Shown here in pieces: positions 58,537-64,000 of a DNA stretch of 64,000 nucleotides. Source of the stretch: an uncultured Collinsella sp. (GTDB taxonomy: Bacteria > Actinomycetota > Coriobacteriia > Coriobacteriales > Coriobacteriaceae); the NCBI GenBank assembly GCA_902470365.1, contig CABRFZ010000008.1:3748-67747 (forward strand). Reading direction: 5' to 3'. Within the stretch, counting starts at the first letter, position 1. The number at the start of each line of letters is the position of its first letter. A model generated the notes under the pieces. That model ran no database searches. It was not told the origin of the DNA and worked only from the letters and a program-made list of their open reading frames with translations. Made by a program: the position numbers and the translations under genes.

Positions 58537-58670
58537 TGTTAACGTTGCCATTGTGCAAACAAAGAGCCACCGGGCGGCTCAAACGTTTACGCGTAAGGAA
58601 TCGACGGTTCGCAGGCACAGGAACCACCGGTTCGCGTCTTTTTTTGTGTCGCAAAATGGCAACGTCAACA
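58537..58670. promoter_or_regulatory. Two LacI-type operators upstream of lacE
   Basis: TGTTAACGTTGCCA (58537-58550) and TGGCAACGTCAACA (58657-58670), centres 120 bp apart. Confidence 0.6.
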
Positions 58671-58733
58671 TTTTGGCAAGCAAACGTCAAAAGCTACCAT
58701 CGTTGCTAACCCACCGACTCTTAGGAGCTTTGC

Positions 58734-60497
58734 ATGGAGCAACTCATCGCCATCATCGAAAAGGGCCAGCCCTTTTTCAACGCGATCGCCCGCAACAAGT
58801 ACCTCAAGGCGATCCGCGACGGCTTTATCTCCGTCATCCCCATCATCATCTTCTCGTCCATCTTTTGCCTGGTAGCCTCGGTCCCCAACATCTGGGGTTT
58901 CTACTGGCCCGATGACATCAACAACGCCCTGTGGAAGTGCTACAACTACTCCATGGGCATCCTGGCCATCGCCTGTGCCGCCACCACGGCCAAGCACTTC
59001 GCCGACGCTCAGAACCGCGACCTGCCCAAGAACAACCAAATCAACTTTATCTCGTGCATGTGCGCGGCCATCATCGGCTTCTTGCTCCTTTCGAGCGACA
59101 CGATCGCCACGGACGCCGCCAGCGGTTTCAACACCACCTACCTTGGTTCCAAGGGCCTGCTGACCGCCTTCATCGCTGCGTTTGTGACCGGCATCATCTA
59201 CAAGTTCTTTATTAAGCGCAACATCACCGTCAAGATGCCCGAGCAGGTTCCGCCCAACATCTCGCAGACTTTTAAGGACATCATCCCCTTCTCCGTCTGC
59301 ATCACCGTCTTTTGGGTCTTTGACATCGTCTTCCGCGCTGCCTTTGGCTTCTGCTTTGCCCAGGGCGTCATTCAGGTGTTCCAGCCCCTGTTCACCGCTG
59401 CCGACGGCTATATCGGCCTCGCTGTGATTTACGGCGCCATGAGCCTGTTCTGGTTCGTCGGCGTTCACGGCCCCTCGATCGTCGAGCCCGCCATCGCCGC
59501 CGCCCTCGTTGCCAACATGACCGACAACCTGGCTGCGTTCCAGGCTGGCCAGCACGCTTCCGCTGTCCTGACCCAGGGTGCCCAGTACTTCGTCGTCTGC
59601 ATGGGCGGCACCGGCGCCACGCTCGTCCTGGTCTTTATGTTCTGCTTCCTGGCCAAGTCTCAGGAGATGCGCGCCGTCGGTAAGGCCGCTATCGTCCCTG
59701 TGTGCTTTGCCGTCAACGAGCCGCTGCTGTTCGCTGCACCCATCGTGCTCAACCCCGTCTTCTTTGTCCCGTTTGTCTTTGCCCCGATCGCCAACATCTG
59801 GATTCTCAAGATCTTTATCGACTTCTTGGGCATGAACGGCTTTATGTACACCCTGCCTTGGACTGTCCCCGGCCCCATCGGCACCATCATGGGCCTGGGC
59901 TTCCAGCCGCTCGCCTTTGTGATGCTCGCCATCATCCTGGTCGTCGACTTCGTCCTGTACTATCCGTTCTTCCGTGCCTATGACGCCCAGAAGTGCGCCG
60001 AGGAGGCCGAGATTTCCGAGGAAGAGCTCGCCGCCAAGAACGCCGAGAAGGCCGCCAAGCTCAACGACGCCTTCCAGGGCAAGGCTGACGCCAAGAGCGT
60101 TGCCGCCGGCGCTGCTGCCGAGGCCGTGAAGTCCGACGTCGCTCCCGCCGCCACCGAGGCCACGGCCACCAGCGACCTCAACGGCAAGCGCGTGCTCGTG
60201 CTCTGCCAGGGTGGCGGTACCTCGGGCCTGCTCGCCAACGCGCTGGCCAAGGCCGCCAAGGAGCGCGGCATCAATCTTGAGACCGCTGCCGAGGCCTATG
60301 GCAACCACGTTGACATGCTCCCCGACTTTGACCTGGTCGTCCTGGCCCCGCAGGCTGCCAGCTACTTGGCCGACCTGCAGAAGGACTGCGAGCGCGTGGG
60401 CAACAAATGCGTCGCCTGCCGCGGTAAGCAGTACATCGAGCTCTCCCAGAACGGCGACAAGTCTCTCGCCTTCGTAAGCGAGCAACTCTCGAAGTAA
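58734..60497 (+). CDS. lacE: PTS lactose-family EIICB
   Basis: EIIC N-terminus LIAIIEKGQPFFNAIARNKYLKAIRDGF and a C-terminal EIIB with VLVLCQGGGTSGLL. Confidence 0.85.
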   Translation: MEQLIAIIEKGQPFFNAIARNKYLKAIRDGFISVIPIIIFSSIFCLVASVPNIWGFYWPDDINNALWKCYNYSMGILAIACAATTAKHFADAQNRDLPKNNQINFISCMCAAIIGFLLLSSDTIATDAASGFNTTYLGSKGLLTAFIAAFVTGIIYKFFIKRNITVKMPEQVPPNISQTFKDIIPFSVCITVFWVFDIVFRAAFGFCFAQGVIQVFQPLFTAADGYIGLAVIYGAMSLFWFVGVHGPSIVEPAIAAALVANMTDNLAAFQAGQHASAVLTQGAQYFVVCMGGTGATLVLVFMFCFLAKSQEMRAVGKAAIVPVCFAVNEPLLFAAPIVLNPVFFVPFVFAPIANIWILKIFIDFLGMNGFMYTLPWTVPGPIGTIMGLGFQPLAFVMLAIILVVDFVLYYPFFRAYDAQKCAEEAEISEEELAAKNAEKAAKLNDAFQGKADAKSVAAGAAAEAVKSDVAPAATEATATSDLNGKRVLVLCQGGGTSGLLANALAKAAKERGINLETAAEAYGNHVDMLPDFDLVVLAPQAASYLADLQKDCERVGNKCVACRGKQYIELSQNGDKSLAFVSEQLSK

Positions 60498-60563
60498 GTA
60501 ACGCTCAGGGCCAGCCGACCATCCACAGCCGGCTGGCCCTTCGATTTAGACGATTGGATCATC

Positions 60564-62003
60564 ATGTCCGTTAACCCCGCTAGCGTCACCAACCCGCCTG
60601 CGCAGTTTCCCGAGGGCTTTGTCTTTGGCGGCGCCACTGCTGCTTACCAGGTAGAGGGCGAGACCCGCACCCACGGTAAGGGCAAAGTCGCCTGGGACGA
60701 CTTCTTGGAGGCCCAGGGGCGCTTCTCCCCCGATCCTGCTTCGGACTTCTACAACCAGTACCCCGTCGATCTGGAACTGTGCGAGGAGTTTGGCATCAAC
60801 GGCATTCGCCTCTCTATCGCCTGGAGCCGCATCTTCCCCAACGGTACCGGCGAAATCAACCCCGAGGGTGTCCAGTTCTACCACGACCTCTTCGCCGAGT
60901 GCCACAAGCACCACGTTGAGCCATTTGTCACGCTGCATCACTTCGATACGCCGCTGTCCCTCTTTGAGAAGGGCGACTTCCTCAACCGCGAGACCATCGA
61001 CGCCTTTGTGAACTTTGCCACCTTCTGCTTTAAGGAGTACGCCGACCAGGTAACCTACTGGTTCACCTTTAACGAGATCTGGGCCGATGCCTCCAACACC
61101 TACATCGAGGGCACCTTCCCCGGTGGCGTCAAGGCGCATCTGGCCGAGGCCTTCCAGTGCGAGCACAACATGATGCTCGCCCACGCCAAGGCAGTACTGG
61201 CCTTCCACAACGGTGGCTTTAAGGGCAAGATCGGCGTCATTCAGTCGTTGGAGTTTAAGTATCCGCTCAACGAGAACGACCCCGCCGACATCAAGGCCGC
61301 CAACAACGAGCACGTGCTGCAGAACCAGTTTCTGCTCGACGCCACCTTCCGCGGCGACTATGCCCCCGACACCCTCGAGTGCGCCAACCGCTTGGCTGCC
61401 GTCTCGGGCGGCACCATCGAGATCCTGGACGAGGACCTCGAGATTATGCGCGAAGCCGCGCTCTACAACGACTACCTGGGCGTTAACAACTACCAGTGCC
61501 GCTTCTTGAAGGCTTACGACGGCGAGAACGACCTGCACCACAACGGTACGGGCGAGAAGGGCACTGGCCGCTGGCGCGTTAAGGGTATTGGCGAGCATGT
61601 GAACAAGCCCGGCGTCCCCACCACCGACTGGGACTGGATCATCTATCCCGAGGGTCTGTTCGACCTGCTCGTCTACATTAAGCAGCGCTACCCCAACTAC
61701 AAGCAGATCTTCATCACCGAGAACGGCATGGGCTACAAGGACCCCTACAAGGACGGTTTTGTGGACGACCAGCCGCGCATCGACTACATCGAGCAGCACC
61801 TGCGCTGGTTGCTCAAGGCCATGGAGGTGGGTGTCAACGTGGGCGGCTACTTCCTGTGGAGCCTGCAGGATCAGTTCTCCTGGACCAATGGCTACAACAA
61901 GCGTTACGGCTTCTTCTACGTTGACTTTGAAACCCAGAAGCGCACGCCCAAGGCAAGCGCATACTGGTATAAGCACGTGGCGCAGACCCGTCGTCTGGAC
62001 TAG
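60564..62003 (+). CDS. lacG: 6-phospho-beta-galactosidase (GH1)
   Basis: FPEGFVFGGATAAYQVEG, TFNEI and ITENG catalytic motifs. Confidence 0.85.
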   Translation: MSVNPASVTNPPAQFPEGFVFGGATAAYQVEGETRTHGKGKVAWDDFLEAQGRFSPDPASDFYNQYPVDLELCEEFGINGIRLSIAWSRIFPNGTGEINPEGVQFYHDLFAECHKHHVEPFVTLHHFDTPLSLFEKGDFLNRETIDAFVNFATFCFKEYADQVTYWFTFNEIWADASNTYIEGTFPGGVKAHLAEAFQCEHNMMLAHAKAVLAFHNGGFKGKIGVIQSLEFKYPLNENDPADIKAANNEHVLQNQFLLDATFRGDYAPDTLECANRLAAVSGGTIEILDEDLEIMREAALYNDYLGVNNYQCRFLKAYDGENDLHHNGTGEKGTGRWRVKGIGEHVNKPGVPTTDWDWIIYPEGLFDLLVYIKQRYPNYKQIFITENGMGYKDPYKDGFVDDQPRIDYIEQHLRWLLKAMEVGVNVGGYFLWSLQDQFSWTNGYNKRYGFFYVDFETQKRTPKASAYWYKHVAQTRRLD

Positions 62004-62049
62004 TGGCTGGCGGGGTTGCCCGCTCACACAACCTGTCCCCATTTCTCAG

Positions 62050-62098
62050 CCGGGGGCGGCACGTCACACGGCGCGCCGCCCCCGGTCTTTTTGTTTTT
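62050..62098 (+). terminator. Intrinsic terminator after lacG
   Basis: ccgggggcggc..gccgcccccgg followed by tctttttgttttt. Confidence 0.8.
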
Positions 62099-62111
62099 GG
62101 GCTGGTCGGGA

Positions 62112-62263
62112 GCCGTTTGTCTCGATCTGTAACATCTAGCCGAGTTTTTTGGTCCTAGCTGTTACAGATTGAGACGAACAGGATTGCTCTTTCCGAAGAA
62201 TCTAAATCTGTAACACGTAGCCCGCTTTTGACCGTCTACCTGTTACAAATCGAGACAAACGGA
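62112..62263. repeat. Family F composite palindrome (four CTGTAACA-containing units forming two tandem hairpins)
   Basis: Units at 62112-62139, 62155-62182 (inverted), 62203-62220 and 62236-62263 (inverted). The first and last units are almost perfect complements. Confidence 0.75.
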
Positions 62264-62270
62264 GTAGGAC

Positions 62271-63299
62271 CTAACCCCGTATGTCCCTAACAGTCGAGCG
62301 TTCGACCAGCGTACTCGGCACATGAATCGCCTCGATAGACGAGCTCTCTCCAATCGCCGCCTCAAACGCAAGCTTACCGACACCGCGCAAATCAAATCGC
62401 AGCGTCGTCAGCCGATTGTGAGGAACAAGTCCCTCGAGTGCGTCGTCGATACCAACCACGCTCACGTCGTCGGGCACGGACAGGCCCGCGTTCTCGAGCG
62501 CGGCGATAACGCCCAGCGCCATCTGGTCATTTGCCGCAAGCACGGCAGTCGGCGCCTGCGACCCGCCGGCAAGCACCTCGGCCGCAATCCGCTCGCCCAT
62601 GGCGTACCCACTGTCCGCACTCCAATCGCCACGCAGCATCGGAGCGGCATCGACATGAGCACGACCCAGCGTATCGCGCCAACCGGCCTCACGAAAACGC
62701 GAGGAAATCGAGTTTTCCGGACCCGCCACAAACCGCATATTCGAGTGACCATGTTCCAGCAGATAATTGGTCAACAGCTCGCACGAACCATACTGGTCGG
62801 AGTCGATCGTCGTGCAGCGCGGATGCGCATACATGGACAGGATGACCGTTCGCACTCCCGGCTGGGGAACAAACTCCTCAAAATCGGGAGCCATGCGGTT
62901 CATGTTGAGAATCATGCCGTCGACGGGTCGCTCGACCATGCGGCGCGAGGCATCGGCAAGTGTATAGGGCTTGTCGCCGCCCATCTCGATCATAGTGACG
63001 GCAAAATCGTGCTCGCGCGCCGCTTGCATGATACCCTCGAGCGTCGCCAGGTTACCGACACGTGTGATGTTGTACATGCACAGGCCAATAGAACGATACG
63101 ACCCGCCGCGCAACGCCGCTCCAGCAAAATTGGGACGAAAGCCCAGCTCTTCCATGGCGGCCAGCACACGCTTGCGCGTCTTTTCCGTCACGTTGGGCAT
63201 ACCGTTGACCACGCGAGACACAGTCTGGCGGCTCACGCCAGCGAGCGCCGCAACCTCTGCCGCGCTCGCCGAATGACCATTCCTTGTCTGCTGAGCCAT
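62271..63299 (-). CDS. LacI family regulator (paralog 3)
   Basis: HTH AAEVAALAGVSRQTVSRVVNG. ATG at 63299. Confidence 0.85.
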   Translation of the reverse strand: MAQQTRNGHSASAAEVAALAGVSRQTVSRVVNGMPNVTEKTRKRVLAAMEELGFRPNFAGAALRGGSYRSIGLCMYNITRVGNLATLEGIMQAAREHDFAVTMIEMGGDKPYTLADASRRMVERPVDGMILNMNRMAPDFEEFVPQPGVRTVILSMYAHPRCTTIDSDQYGSCELLTNYLLEHGHSNMRFVAGPENSISSRFREAGWRDTLGRAHVDAAPMLRGDWSADSGYAMGERIAAEVLAGGSQAPTAVLAANDQMALGVIAALENAGLSVPDDVSVVGIDDALEGLVPHNRLTTLRFDLRGVGKLAFEAAIGESSSIEAIHVPSTLVERSTVRDIRG

Positions 63300-63360
63300 G
63301 CCTTCCACGCTAACCTGCTTCCCAACTATTCCCCGCGCCCATGGCGCATCGTACATACAT

Positions 63361-63528
63361 CGATAACGTGCTCATGATACCCGAGCCATATACCACAACA
63401 TGAAAACTTCTGTCAATCAAAACCGCTTACCGAACAAATACAACCGTTCGCGGCTGTTTGAAGTTGTTTTGTTTCTATACATCCCAGCCGGATGTTAACG
63501 TGCTCATTGTCAAATGTTCACGTGCTCA
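63361..63528. promoter_or_regulatory. Three LacI-type operators between paralog 3 and the second GH1 gene
   Basis: CGATAACGTGCTCA (63361-63374), TGTTAACGTGCTCA (63493-63506) and TGTTCACGTGCTCA (63515-63528). Confidence 0.6.
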
Positions 63529-63649
63529 TTTTGGTTCTAATCATTTTAAGATAGTGTTTATCGGGCTTTTTCACCGCTGAACGCTAACCAGGGAGCCTCC
63601 TGAGCGCAAACGCACAATATCGAACAGCGAGACGAGAGGGTGTATGCAT

Positions 63650-64000
63650 ATGTCTTTGCTAAACCGCGTACAGCAGCTGCCGAAGGGCTTTGTTTGGGGC
63701 GCCGCAACCGCCGCGTACCAAACGGAAGGTTCCACGAAGGTGGCAGGCAAGGGTAAGACCATGTGGGACGATTACCTTGTCGCCCAGGGTCGCTTTTTGC
63801 CCGACCCGGCCAGTGATTTCTACAACCGCTACGAGGAGGATATCCGCCTTTCTGCCGAGCATGGACTCAACGCCATCCGTGTGTCCATCGCCTGGACCCG
63901 CATCTTCCCCAACGGCGACGATGCCGAGCCCCTCGCCGAGGGCGTTAAGCACTACCACGAGCTGTTCGCCTGCTGCAAAAAGTATGGCGTCGAGCCCTAT
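63650..64000 (+). CDS. Second GH1 6-phospho-beta-glycosidase, N-terminal part (3' end lies outside the window)
   Basis: My own translation is MSLLNRVQQLPKGFVWGAATAAYQTEGSTKVAGKGKTMWDDY..SIAWTRIFPNG. The frame is open to the window end, so it is absent from the ORF track. An alternative ATG is at 63644. Confidence 0.8.
   Translation, partial: MSLLNRVQQLPKGFVWGAATAAYQTEGSTKVAGKGKTMWDDYLVAQGRFLPDPASDFYNRYEEDIRLSAEHGLNAIRVSIAWTRIFPNGDDAEPLAEGVKHYHELFACCKKYGVEPY

Overview
High-GC (~60%) chromosomal window, gene content typical of a saccharolytic Coriobacteriia-type actinobacterium (Collinsella-like; this is inference from gene content only). There are no rRNA or tRNA genes, CRISPR arrays, transposases or integrases. 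Genes in order:
- pfkA 3' end
- MacB-type ABC exporter
- GyrI-like protein
- decayed Abi_2 / ClC-channel junction
- ogt
- asd-lysC and thrC-thrB
- engB, mtnN, pflA, DegV
- sucrose PTS/GH32 cluster with a LacI repressor
- a pyruvate formate-lyase encoded in two pieces
- KdgT permease plus an SDR
- MarR plus a heterodimeric ABC exporter
- DAHP synthase
- aguR/aguD/aguA agmatine module
- BceAB-type ABC pair
- a NUDIX-Vsr fusion
- class II aldolase plus DeoR regulator
- flavodiiron protein
- a large galactose/lactose region: galKT, lacC-lacX-lacB-lacA, lacF, lacE, lacG, a second GH1 gene and three paralogous LacI regulators

The most unusual content is non-coding. At least six families of structured palindromic intergenic repeats are present. 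The main family is a 110-190 bp nested-palindrome element with 5 canonical copies and 1 divergent copy. Its arms and an inner 4-bp helix covary between copies, its asymmetric internal loop is invariant, and it always lies just 3' of and co-oriented with a gene, mostly central-metabolism or biosynthetic genes. Other points worth follow-up are the split PFL, the NUDIX-Vsr fusion, an over-represented ACCGTTCAC(C/G)G motif upstream of sugar operons, and operator variants for the paralogous LacI repressors. All calls come from reading the sequence and recalled family motifs; no database search was run.
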